32,000 bases of DNA from Candidatus Saccharimonadota bacterium (GTDB taxonomy: Bacteria; Patescibacteriota; Saccharimonadia; Saccharimonadales; Saccharimonadaceae), in assembly GCA_020160975.1 (NCBI GenBank), contig JAIUPJ010000001.1, forward strand, positions 870,001 through 902,000, written 5' to 3'. The position numbers and the translations under genes were made by a program. The notes beneath the pieces were generated by a model. The model had not been told where the DNA came from. It made no database searches and worked only from the letters and a program-made list of their open reading frames with translations. How positions within the stretch are numbered: the first letter of the stretch is position 1; every line of letters starts with the position of its first letter. Positions 1 to 7,479 of this stretch are shown piece by piece.

Positions 1-2889
1 AACGATTGGAGCAAGGAAGTTTCGACGCACTTGCCGATCTATTACAAATGGACACAGTGGATTTTCTCAGAGATGTACCGTGCAGGACTTGCCTACCAAG
101 AACCACGCATGCAATGGTGGTGCACCAAGTGCCAAACGGTGCTCGCGAATGAGCAAGTAATCGACGGTAAATGTTGGCGCCACGACGCTCCTGATGACCC
201 GGAAGTCGCCAAAAAAGAAGTCAAACAGTGGTTTTTCAAAGTGACAGAATATGCCGATGAGATGCTCGAAGCCACCGATGCGCTCGACTGGAGCGAGGTA
301 GTAAAGGCTGCCCAGAAGAACTGGATAGGCAAGAGTGAGGGTGCGGAGGTACAGTTTGAAGTTCTGAGCTCTACTTTCTTAGAGAAAAAGGAGTCTAAAG
401 ATTCGCTGAAGTTTACCCCAGAGCTGACCAAAATGATCATCGACGGTAGCAAGACGTCCACTATTCGTCTTGAGCCAAAAAATGTAAACGTCGGGGACAC
501 AGTGGAGCTACTGACGCGCGATGGGGAAAGCGTTGACGCATTTGGATATGCGAAAATTACAAATATTCGCGCCATGAAGCTTGTTGATATTCCTAATGAC
601 CTGGCAGGTCACGAGCCGCTTAAAGATGATGCAGATAAACTGGCGCGATACCGTGGATATTATACGGACAACGTAACGCTTGAGACTGAATTTACCATTT
701 ACGACTTTGATAACTTAGAACTCAGATCTCAGAACGTAGAGCTCGATCCCATCACTGTCTTTACCACTCGTCCCGATACCATTTTTGGCGCGACGTTTTT
801 GGTGCTGGCGCCGGAGCACGAGTTGGTCAAACAAATTGTGACAGATGATGCGCGTGATGTCGTAGAGCAATATGTCAAGGATTCACTGAAAAAGTCAGAA
901 CTCGAGCGTCAAGAGACTAAAGAAAAGACCGGTGTGCCGACAGGCGCGCATGCCATCAATCCCGCAACGGGCGAGAAAATCCCTATCTGGGTGGCTGACT
1001 ATGTATTGGGTGGCTATGGCACTGGGGCTATCATGGCGGTGCCGGCACACGACGAGCGAGACCGGGAATTTGCGGAGAAGTTTGATTTGCCAGTAGTGCA
1101 AGTTGTGGCCGAAACGCTGCTTGATCAAGAAAATCCGCCTCGTGACGACAAGAAAAATACTCGGCGCAACGTAGCGATGTGCATTATCGACCATCCAACC
1201 GATGGGACGTTTTTGACGCTCAAATGGCATAAGCAACCATGGCATAATTTCGTGATGGGTGGCATCGAAGAAGGCGAGTCGCTCGAGGCCGCCGCGCGCC
1301 GAGAAATCACCGAAGAAACCGGCTATGTCGACATGTCGTTTGTCGAAAGTATGCCAGTCCCCCTCAATAGTAAGTTTTACGCAGCGCATAAAGACGTCAA
1401 CCGCGACATTATCACGCATGTCGTCCGGTTCAAACTCAATAGTCTCGATACGGTTGCGACTGCACGCGAGGAGCATGAGGATTTCGAGCCAATGTGGGTA
1501 GAGAAGTCAGCACTTTCTCAGTTGCAACCAGTCGCCGAGCTCGGGCATATTCTTCGTTGGCTCGACGGTGAAACACCGATTTATCATGGAGAAGGCGTAC
1601 TGGTAAATTCCGGCAAATTCGATGGTATGAGTAGTAGCGAGGCGCGCGAACAGATCGTGGCGTGGCTCGAGCAGCAAGGTGTCGGCAAAGCCAAAATAAC
1701 GTATAAAATCCGAGACTGGAGTGTCAGCCGCCAGCGCTATTGGGGCGCGCCGATTCCGGTCGTTCACTGCGACAAGGATGGTATCGTACTGGTGCCCGAT
1801 GACCTATTGCCAGTGATTTTGCCGGAGCTCGAAGATTTTGCCCCGAGCGGTGATGGTCGCAGCGCCCTGGCGCGCGCGACAGAGTGGCTCAACACGACCT
1901 GCCCAACATGTGGTGGCCCGTCAACCCGCGAGACCGATACGCTCGACACCTACATTTGTAGTAGTTGGTATTTCCTCAGGTATTTCGATGGTGCCAATGA
2001 GGAAAAGATTTTTGCCCCTGAAGTGGTCAACAAATGGATGCCGATAGACTTTTACAATGGCGGCGACCACGCGACGGCGCACATGATGTATGCACGATTT
2101 GTTACCCGCTTTTTTTGGCATCAAGGGCTGCTTGATAATCCCGAGCCGTTCAAAAAATTCCTCTTCAACGGCAAAGTGACCGCCAGTGACGGCACGATGT
2201 TCAGCAAGAGCAAAGGTAATGGTGTCGATCCACTCGAGATCATTAACCAAGGGTATGGCGCTGACGCCCTCCGGACGTATCTGATGTTTGCCGCGCCACT
2301 CGAGCAATGGATTCGCTGGGATTCACAGGGCGTACCTGGCACCTACCGCTTCCTCACTCGCGTGTGGAATTTGGCGCAAGAGTATCTTGCTGCCGACAAA
2401 TCACGCGTTGACGACACAGCACTGAGGCTTGTTCATCCTGTGATCAAAAAAGTTACAGGCGACCTGGAGGAGCAAAAGTACAACACAGCAATCGCCGCCA
2501 TGATGGAGTTGACGAACAATCTCTACGCGCTCAAGGCCAAAAATGGTTTCAGCAGTGACTGGCAGTTCGCGCTCGAGAGCCTGGTAGCGCTCGTAGCGCC
2601 TTTTGCGCCACACATGGCCGATCAGCTGTGGCACGACCTTGGTCATGAGACGAGTGTACAGCGCGATAGCTGGCCGCAGTGGGATGACGCTTACCTGACG
2701 AGTGACACAATGACGATTATTGTACAAGTCAATGGCAAATTGCGCGCCAAGCTGGAAATTGCAGTAGATACGAACGAAGTTGAAATCAAAAAACTCGCCC
2801 TAGAAGACGAGAACGTGCAGAAGTTTGTGACTAACGAGCCAAAGAAGGTTATTTACGTTAAAAACAAGCTCGTTAGTATTGTCGTGTAG
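1..2889 (+). CDS. leuS: Leucine--tRNA ligase, 5'-truncated by the window edge (frame is open from nt 1), carrying two extra inserted domains
   Basis: Class I LeuRS motifs: NWIGKSEGAEV, TTRPDTIFGATFLVLAPEH (CP1 editing start), GTGAIMAVPAHDERD, YKIRDWSVSRQRYWGAPIP, a CPTCGG zinc motif, a KMSKS-like FSKSKGNG, and a C-terminal VQVNGKLR tRNA-binding domain. Stop TAG at 2887-2889. Confidence 0.95.
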   Translation, partial: NDWSKEVSTHLPIYYKWTQWIFSEMYRAGLAYQEPRMQWWCTKCQTVLANEQVIDGKCWRHDAPDDPEVAKKEVKQWFFKVTEYADEMLEATDALDWSEVVKAAQKNWIGKSEGAEVQFEVLSSTFLEKKESKDSLKFTPELTKMIIDGSKTSTIRLEPKNVNVGDTVELLTRDGESVDAFGYAKITNIRAMKLVDIPNDLAGHEPLKDDADKLARYRGYYTDNVTLETEFTIYDFDNLELRSQNVELDPITVFTTRPDTIFGATFLVLAPEHELVKQIVTDDARDVVEQYVKDSLKKSELERQETKEKTGVPTGAHAINPATGEKIPIWVADYVLGGYGTGAIMAVPAHDERDREFAEKFDLPVVQVVAETLLDQENPPRDDKKNTRRNVAMCIIDHPTDGTFLTLKWHKQPWHNFVMGGIEEGESLEAAARREITEETGYVDMSFVESMPVPLNSKFYAAHKDVNRDIITHVVRFKLNSLDTVATAREEHEDFEPMWVEKSALSQLQPVAELGHILRWLDGETPIYHGEGVLVNSGKFDGMSSSEAREQIVAWLEQQGVGKAKITYKIRDWSVSRQRYWGAPIPVVHCDKDGIVLVPDDLLPVILPELEDFAPSGDGRSALARATEWLNTTCPTCGGPSTRETDTLDTYICSSWYFLRYFDGANEEKIFAPEVVNKWMPIDFYNGGDHATAHMMYARFVTRFFWHQGLLDNPEPFKKFLFNGKVTASDGTMFSKSKGNGVDPLEIINQGYGADALRTYLMFAAPLEQWIRWDSQGVPGTYRFLTRVWNLAQEYLAADKSRVDDTALRLVHPVIKKVTGDLEEQKYNTAIAAMMELTNNLYALKAKNGFSSDWQFALESLVALVAPFAPHMADQLWHDLGHETSVQRDSWPQWDDAYLTSDTMTIIVQVNGKLRAKLEIAVDTNEVEIKKLALEDENVQKFVTNEPKKVIYVKNKLVSIVV
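403..714 (+). other. ASCH/PUA-like domain inserted in LeuS between GAEVQFEV and the TTRPDT editing-domain start (boundaries approximate)
   Basis: About 125 extra residues compared with E. coli and T. thermophilus LeuRS as I recall them. Pattern FTPELTKMIIDGSKTSTIRL..NVGDTVEL..FGYAKITNIR..FTIYDF resembles the ASCH signature (I-x-x-G-x-K-T-x-x-R, GD, beta-barrel). Confidence 0.5.
1162..1566 (+). other. Nudix hydrolase domain inserted in LeuS directly after the editing domain (boundaries approximate)
   Basis: Perfect Nudix box GX5EX7REUXEEXGU: GGIEEGESLEAAARREITEETGY, nt 1258-1326. About 150 extra residues lie between FDLPVVQVV and GVLVNSGKFDG, which are nearly contiguous in ordinary LeuRS. Confidence 0.8.
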
Positions 2890-2910
2890 TACCCTCTAAA
2901 AAGGGGAAGA

Positions 2911-2929
2911 CCCCGCCTATTCGGCGGGG
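2911..2929. terminator. GC hairpin between convergent leuS and the minus-strand small ORF
   Basis: ccccgcc (2911-2917) / ggcgggg (2923-2929), loop tattc. It overlaps the stop of the minus ORF. No clear U-run. Confidence 0.4.
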
Positions 2930-3183
2930 TCGAACCCGGTGATGTGGACGTAGGCTCCGCGGAGGACCAGTCCTCCTGCTGCGGCGAGGTTGAGTGCCGC
3001 AAAAGGCACCAGGGCCATCTGGCTGTTCGCCAGCGCCACGATACCGATGCCGATGCCGATGCCTAGGGCGGTGATCGCGAGGGTCGCGAGCCGCTGCACG
3101 GGATGGGCGAAGGTGCTAATGACTGAAGCCATGAGCACAATCTCCAGCCCGAGGCTGGCAAGGGTCCAGATGAAGTAGCTCAT
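2917..3183 (-). CDS. Small hydrophobic membrane protein (88 aa), G+C-rich
   Basis: Six-frame ORF, almost entirely hydrophobic with a GIGIGIGI run. 41/60 G+C in nt 2941-3000 by hand count. Purine-rich SD-like stretch (gaaaggaagaag) upstream. Confidence 0.6.
   Translation of the reverse strand: MSYFIWTLASLGLEIVLMASVISTFAHPVQRLATLAITALGIGIGIGIVALANSQMALVPFAALNLAAAGGLVLRGAYVHITGFDPAE
3040..3063. repeat. Hexanucleotide tandem repeat (gatacc gatgcc gatgcc gatgcc)
   Basis: Read directly. It encodes the GIGIGIGI run of the minus-strand ORF, and the unit length keeps the reading frame. Confidence 0.9.
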
Positions 3184-3304
3184 ACCTACTTCTTCCTTTC
3201 ATTCCAGGTTCTACCAAGTCGGGTGACTCAGTATCTTCATTATAGCACTTATGATAAAATTTGTCAATACGCTTATGCTCGAAGATGCAATATTTGTCCA
3301 GCAC

Positions 3305-3333
3305 TTGAGGTTGTGTCCTTGATACGGTATAAT
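3305..3333 (+). promoter_or_regulatory. Sigma70-like promoter upstream of rpmF
   Basis: TTGAGG (3305-3310), 17-nt spacer, TATAAT (3328-3333). AAGGAG SD at 3361-3366. Confidence 0.6.
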
Positions 3334-3374
3334 GAAACTCAAGTTTTATACAACCTAGAAAAGGAGAACATTTC

Positions 3375-3521
3375 ATGGCTCAGCCAAAGAAACAGAGCAG
3401 CCCGCGCAAGACCGGTCTCCGCCGGAGTCATTTGCGACTCGAGCTGGCTCGTCGTGTTAACGCGAAATCACCAGTCAAGGTGAAGACCACCAAGAACGAA
3501 ACTGGTAAGAAAAAAGACTAA
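3375..3521 (+). CDS. rpmF: Ribosomal protein L32-like (48 aa), below the ORF-track size cutoff
   Basis: Manual translation: MAQPKKQSSPRKTGLRRSHLRLELARRVNAKSPVKVKTTKNETGKKKD. The N-terminus matches the L32 pattern (K-x-S/T-x-x-R/K-x-G-x-RRSH-x-x-L). Strong SD AAGGAG 8 nt upstream. The C-terminal part is not L32-like, so the identity is tentative. Confidence 0.6.
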   Translation: MAQPKKQSSPRKTGLRRSHLRLELARRVNAKSPVKVKTTKNETGKKKD

Positions 3522-3566
3522 CCACATTTTCAGGGTGGATTATTAACAAAGAAAGAACCAACTGCA

Positions 3567-4028
3567 ATGGCCTCAAACCGTCATCTTGGACGCATCGTCG
3601 CATTACAGACACTCTACGAATTTGAATTTCGTAGTCAATCTGGAGATCCGGATGTCAATGTGGATGAAATCCTCGGTCGCAACCTCGCGAGATACGAGAC
3701 GGCGATTGATGATACGGCGTTTGTTAAAGACCTCGTCGAAGGCGTGCTTGCTGCGCGAGACGAACTGGATGCAAAGCTTCAGCCGATTGCCCCAGAATGG
3801 CCGCTCGAGCAGATCGCACGGATTGATCGCGCCGTACTGCGGCTTGGCTTGTATGAATTACTACACCGCAGCGACAAAGTGCCGCCAAAGGTAGCGATCA
3901 ATGAAGCGGTTGAGCTGGCAAAAGCATTTGGTTCTGATAACTCGAGTAAGTTCATTAACGGCGTGCTTGGCACGGCGTTTCGAACACTGCTAGGAGAGTC
4001 AGATAATGCCGAAACCACAAAAGCCTAG
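3567..4028 (+). CDS. nusB: Transcription antitermination factor NusB
   Basis: LQTLYEFEF near the N-terminus and [25 protein letters not shown], the classic NusB C-terminal motif. Confidence 0.9.
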   Translation: MASNRHLGRIVALQTLYEFEFRSQSGDPDVNVDEILGRNLARYETAIDDTAFVKDLVEGVLAARDELDAKLQPIAPEWPLEQIARIDRAVLRLGLYELLHRSDKVPPKVAINEAVELAKAFGSDNSSKFINGVLGTAFRTLLGESDNAETTKA

Positions 4029-4503
4029 GCTCGAAACATTCAAGAAATACTTCAAGCCCAAGGCATCAATACAAGAGATTGTCCGCGAGCCAACTGCTGG
4101 TGGCATCGTGTTTCGTCATGGCGAAAAAGATATTGAAATTCTACTGATTCAGGATGCAAAAGATCGCTGGACGATCCCCAAAGGCCATATCGAAGAGGGT
4201 GAGACGGCTGTCCAGACTGCCCGTCGTGAGATTGGCGAAGAAGCCGGTTTGACCGACGTTGATATGCTGGGGTGGCTCGGCAAGATTCACTTTCGCTACC
4301 GCCGTATCGACCGACTGGTGCTCATGACAACGCAGATTTATCTGGTGCGAGTGCGCACTGATGGTAATGAGATCAAGAAGGAAGAGTGGATGAATGGCAT
4401 TAAATGGTTTTCGTTCAATGAAGCGCTAGACCTGATCGAGTATGAAGATATCGCGAAGCTAATGCTCAAAGCCAAAACCCGGGTGCGCGAGGAGAACTTG
4501 TAG
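4006..4503 (+). CDS. Nudix hydrolase (165 aa), overlapping the nusB 3' end by 23 nt
   Basis: Nudix box [25 protein letters not shown] aggagag at 3991-3997. Confidence 0.85.
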   Translation: MPKPQKPRLETFKKYFKPKASIQEIVREPTAGGIVFRHGEKDIEILLIQDAKDRWTIPKGHIEEGETAVQTARREIGEEAGLTDVDMLGWLGKIHFRYRRIDRLVLMTTQIYLVRVRTDGNEIKKEEWMNGIKWFSFNEALDLIEYEDIAKLMLKAKTRVREENL

Positions 4504-4669
4504 TGGCTACTATCTCGTGGCACGCTACTGCGTTATCAGCTTCAGTGCTCGCGAGCAGTACTATCTCTGTGCAGTTCGCTCCGCTCTTCGCCGATGCCTC
4601 GTATCGCATCCGCGAGTCGGCAGCCCATGCGCATATAGTCAAAAATGACAAAGACGCAAGGAGAAAAAA

Positions 4670-4825
4670 ATGAAAATGATTGAGACTTTAGGAAAGAGCA
4701 GATGGTTACGACGAATTGATTGCGTCGCGCCGCTCGACAAACGGGTTCCCCAAGAAATTGAAGATTCACTGGGGTGTGGTGGAAAAACTGTTTACAGCTG
4801 TCTCATAGGCCGGAGGCGATCATGA
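4670..4825 (+). CDS. Candidate small ORF (51 aa) translationally coupled to rnc
   Basis: AAGGAG at 4658-4663, 6 nt before ATG 4670. Its stop TGA overlaps the rnc ATG (ATGA at 4822-4825). No recognisable family, so it could be chance. Confidence 0.25.
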   Translation: MKMIETLGKSRWLRRIDCVAPLDKRVPQEIEDSLGCGGKTVYSCLIGRRRS

Positions 4826-5538
4826 CCGGCATGCCAATCGGACCATACGTTGCGTTTGCGAAAGAGAAATTAGGGTTTGAATACAACGATATTCAACTTT
4901 TGATTACTGCACTGACGCACCGCAGTTATGTCAATGAGCACAAAAAAAGTGTTAGCGAGCACAATGAGCGGCTGGAATTTCTCGGTGATGCGGTGCTGGA
5001 GTTAGTCGTGACCGACTATCTATATCGTAATTTTAGCGAGCCAGAAGGTGTTTTGACCAGCTGGCGCGCGGCTCTCGTCCGAACAGAGAGTATCGGTGAC
5101 GCCGGTCAGAAGCTTGGCTACGAACACCTCGTCCGAATGAGCAAGGGAGAGAAACAGGGCTCGGAGCGGGCGCGTTTGCAAATCCTTGCCAATGCGTTTG
5201 AAGCGACAATTGGTTCGATCTACCTCGACCAAGGCTACGACAAGGCCAGCGATTTTATCCACGCACATATCCTCAGCAAGCTCGACACCATCCTGAGCGA
5301 GGGTACTTGGCGTGATCCCAAGAGCCATTTGCAAGAAGTCAGTCAGCGCATCGACGGCGCCACACCAGTCTATAAAGTGATGGACGAGCTAGGCCCCGAT
5401 CATGACAAAGTCTTTACGCTCGGTGCGTATGTGAATGGAACATTGATGGGTAAGGGTATCGGACCAAGCAAGCAAAGCGCCCAGCAAGAGGCTGCTCGCG
5501 CGGCACTCAAGGCCTACGAAAAACGGCAAAATCCATAA
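4822..5538 (+). CDS. rnc: Ribonuclease III
   Basis: ALTHRSY and NERLEFLGDAVLELVV (RNase III signature) plus a C-terminal dsRBD (KSHLQE..GPSKQSAQQEAARAAL). Start moved from the track's GTG 4774 to ATG 4822, which has GGAGG at 4812-4816. Confidence 0.9.
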   Translation: MTGMPIGPYVAFAKEKLGFEYNDIQLLITALTHRSYVNEHKKSVSEHNERLEFLGDAVLELVVTDYLYRNFSEPEGVLTSWRAALVRTESIGDAGQKLGYEHLVRMSKGEKQGSERARLQILANAFEATIGSIYLDQGYDKASDFIHAHILSKLDTILSEGTWRDPKSHLQEVSQRIDGATPVYKVMDELGPDHDKVFTLGAYVNGTLMGKGIGPSKQSAQQEAARAALKAYEKRQNP

Positions 5539-5542
5539 CAGA

Positions 5543-5571
5543 TTGACAACTCTTGCCAAAACCAGTAAAAT
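5543..5571 (+). promoter_or_regulatory. Sigma70-like promoter upstream of rpsP
   Basis: TTGACA (5543-5548), 17-nt spacer, TAAAAT (5566-5571). Confidence 0.65.
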
Positions 5572-5625
5572 GGTACAGAAGTAAAAACAAGTCTACTAAC
5601 GTGAAGTAAAGGAAATTTATCGTTT

Positions 5626-5991
5626 ATGCTCGCAATTCGTTTGCAACGACTCGGCCGCAAAGCATACCCAGTGTATCGTCTGGCTGTTCAAGAATCTAAC
5701 CGTCATCCTAGCAGTGGCCGCGTGGTCGCCTATGTGGGCACCTACAACCCTCATACCAAGGAGGCGAATGTCCAGGTTGAGACCGCTCAGAAGTACCTCG
5801 ATAACGGCGCACAGCCAACCCCACGTGTAGTCAAATTGCTCAAAGATGCTGGAGTGAAACTACCAAAATGGGTTAAAGAATACGATGCGAACAAGACCAA
5901 GACCGTCAAAAAAGCCGAGAAACTGCGCAAAAACCAGCCAAAGGAAGAAGCGCCTGCAGCGGAAGAAGTAGTCGAAGCGCCAGCTGAATAA
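5626..5991 (+). CDS. rpsP: Ribosomal protein S16 with a Lys/Glu/Ala-rich C-terminal extension
   Basis: MLAIRLQRLGRKAYPVYRLAV is a canonical S16 N-terminus. The tail KKAEKLRKNQPKEEAPAAEEVVEAPAE is extra. Confidence 0.95.
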   Translation: MLAIRLQRLGRKAYPVYRLAVQESNRHPSSGRVVAYVGTYNPHTKEANVQVETAQKYLDNGAQPTPRVVKLLKDAGVKLPKWVKEYDANKTKTVKKAEKLRKNQPKEEAPAAEEVVEAPAE

Positions 5992-6007
5992 ATAGCGGAA
6001 ACAAACA

Positions 6008-6036
6008 ACAGCCTCTCTCAATGAGGCTGTTTTTGT
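6008..6036 (+). terminator. Rho-independent terminator after rpsP
   Basis: Stem acagcctc (6008-6015) / gaggctgt (6023-6030), followed by a T-run. Confidence 0.75.
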
Positions 6037-6103
6037 TTGGGGACCGATGCTACAATGAAAAGTACGATATTAACAGTGAGACCAGACAAAGGAGACAAGG
6101 GGC

Positions 6104-6526
6104 ATGTCAACTATTGACCAGCAATTCGTAGTATATATCGTAACATCACTCGTCGAACACCCAGGCGATGTCATCGTTGAGCGGATCGTCGATGAAAAAG
6201 GCGTGTTGCTCACACTAACCGTCAACCCCGAGGATCTCGGTCGTGTGATTGGCCGACGCGGGGTAACAGCGCAAAGTTTGCGTACATTGTTGCGGGCGCT
6301 CGGCACGAAAAACACCGCGCGTTACAACCTAAAAATCGTCAATAATGACGACCCAGACCAGTCAACGCTGATCTCGAGTGACGATACTGCAACAGATGAC
6401 GAGCAGTCTGACGAGGTTGTGGAAAACTCTACGGAGAGAGATGTGGAAAACGATCAAGAAGAGGAAAGCGATTTCGCAAAAAAGTCTCGTAAAGAGCTTG
6501 CGGAACTCGATGACCTCGATATATAA
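6104..6526 (+). CDS. khpA: KH-domain RNA-binding protein (KhpA/YlqC-like) with a long acidic C-terminal tail
   Basis: LTVNPEDLGRVIGRRGVTAQSLRTLL carries the KH GXXG motif. It sits in the conserved position after rpsP. Residues from about 80 to 140 are Asp/Glu/Ser-rich. Confidence 0.8.
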   Translation: MSTIDQQFVVYIVTSLVEHPGDVIVERIVDEKGVLLTLTVNPEDLGRVIGRRGVTAQSLRTLLRALGTKNTARYNLKIVNNDDPDQSTLISSDDTATDDEQSDEVVENSTERDVENDQEEESDFAKKSRKELAELDDLDI

Positions 6527-6625
6527 TCATTAACAGTTCACTGCGAGAACACTGAACTGCGAGATACGAAATAGCTCATGCGAGCAAACCACAAATGGTT
6601 TGAGAGACTTATTTGTACTAAAAGA

Positions 6626-6650
6626 CCCACTCTTTGCGAGTGGGCTTTTG
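6626..6650. terminator. Hairpin terminator between convergent khpA and the minus-strand ORF
   Basis: cccactc (6626-6632) / gagtggg (6638-6644). A-run upstream and T-run downstream, so it is usable on both strands. Confidence 0.6.
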
Positions 6651-6668
6651 GTATCTCAGAGCCAATGT

Positions 6669-7079
6669 TTACGTAGTTAGCCAGACAAGCGCTCCAAGGC
6701 CAAGCACTATCAAAACGACAATCACGGTTGTGAGCAGTACATAGCGATGTGATCGTGGCTTTGCCGGGGTAGCTGGAGTAGAATTCTGAAAAGGTGAATA
6801 CTGAGCGCTGGCGGCCACTCCTTGTGATGGAGCTAACGACTTTTCGAGAGACGGAGAGGACGCGGCGGGGTGACTCTGAGGTATGGTGACCTCACTATCG
6901 ATGGTGGCATTGGGAATAGCAGGCGAAAGGCCGTGGTACAGTCCGGCTTGCTCGTCGGGTAAATCCTCAGGAGCAATGTTATCGTGAATCGGGGTGAGTG
7001 TGACATGCTTTGCGGCAGCGAGACGAGCGGCATCTTCATCGATGCCAGGTTGAGCGCCGGGTTTTGTTTCAAATTCCAT
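6669..7079 (-). CDS. Hypothetical Pro/Ser/Ala-rich protein with a single C-terminal transmembrane helix (136 aa)
   Basis: Six-frame ORF with C-terminal YVLLTTVIVVLIVLGLGALVWL. TACACT box 9 nt upstream of the ATG on the minus strand. Confidence 0.55.
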   Translation of the reverse strand: MEFETKPGAQPGIDEDAARLAAAKHVTLTPIHDNIAPEDLPDEQAGLYHGLSPAIPNATIDSEVTIPQSHPAASSPSLEKSLAPSQGVAASAQYSPFQNSTPATPAKPRSHRYVLLTTVIVVLIVLGLGALVWLTT

Positions 7080-7211
7080 ATGCTTACTAGTGTAGCACGA
7101 AAATAGCCCACCGAGAGGCCGCTGCGACTTGGGAGGTCGGGGCTATTTTCGGCGGGCTGTTGCCCATGAGGAAGGGTTGGATCAGCGGTTTTCTTGCCGC
7201 GCTTTCAGTGT

Positions 7212-7355
7212 CTAGTCCTCCTCGTATGACCTGTGCTGGTAATCCATCCATCGGTTGTCGGCCGAGGCCAGTGAGGCCAAGATGATGACCCCAGCCAGCA
7301 AGGAGAAGAATCCAATGGCCAGGATGGCGAGAGGGGAAAGCTCTATGCTGCTCAT
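7212..7355 (-). CDS. Candidate small membrane protein (47 aa)
   Basis: Internal Met of the 69-aa track ORF: MSSIELSPLAILAIGFFSLLAGVIILASLA... has one clear TM helix. The start choice is uncertain. Confidence 0.35.
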   Translation of the reverse strand: MSSIELSPLAILAIGFFSLLAGVIILASLASADNRWMDYQHRSYEED

Positions 7356-7479
7356 ACCAATTTCTTTCCGTAAGCAATCTGGAATTTCCAGATTGTTCTC
7401 TATTAGCACAAATAATAACAAATGTCAAGTATCTCCACACAACCACTAGCAATATTTGTCAAAACATGCTAGACTATAA

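Noticed and set aside
93-2727. Antisense and off-frame ORFs inside leuS (93-575, 895-1476, 1125-1310, 1259-1501, 1507-1767, 1764-1949, 1838-2047, 1921-2307, 2121-2342, 2401-2727)
   Set aside because: All lie fully within the strongly supported leuS frame, and none has recognisable motifs or ribosome-binding sites.
3223-3483. 86-aa plus-strand ORF (and the 3116-3376 minus-strand ORF) across the rpmF promoter region
   Set aside because: They span a clear promoter, SD and intergenic A/T-rich sequence. The L32-like frame starting at 3375 with a strong SD explains the region better.
4504-4669. SRP RNA, RNase P RNA or 6S RNA in the larger intergenic gaps (also 14124-14394 and 8137-8545)
   Set aside because: I found none of the diagnostic conserved strings (for example GGAAGCAGCC-type SRP domain IV or GAGGAAAGUCC of RNase P). 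Without a covariance-model search I cannot exclude a divergent ncRNA.
7087-7452. 121-aa minus-strand ORF upstream of trmD
   Set aside because: It overlaps the alternative 7212-7421 frame, whose shorter product has a clean TM helix. The 121-aa translation is not protein-like (Trp/Arg/Gly-rich), and no SD is present. Neither call is strong.
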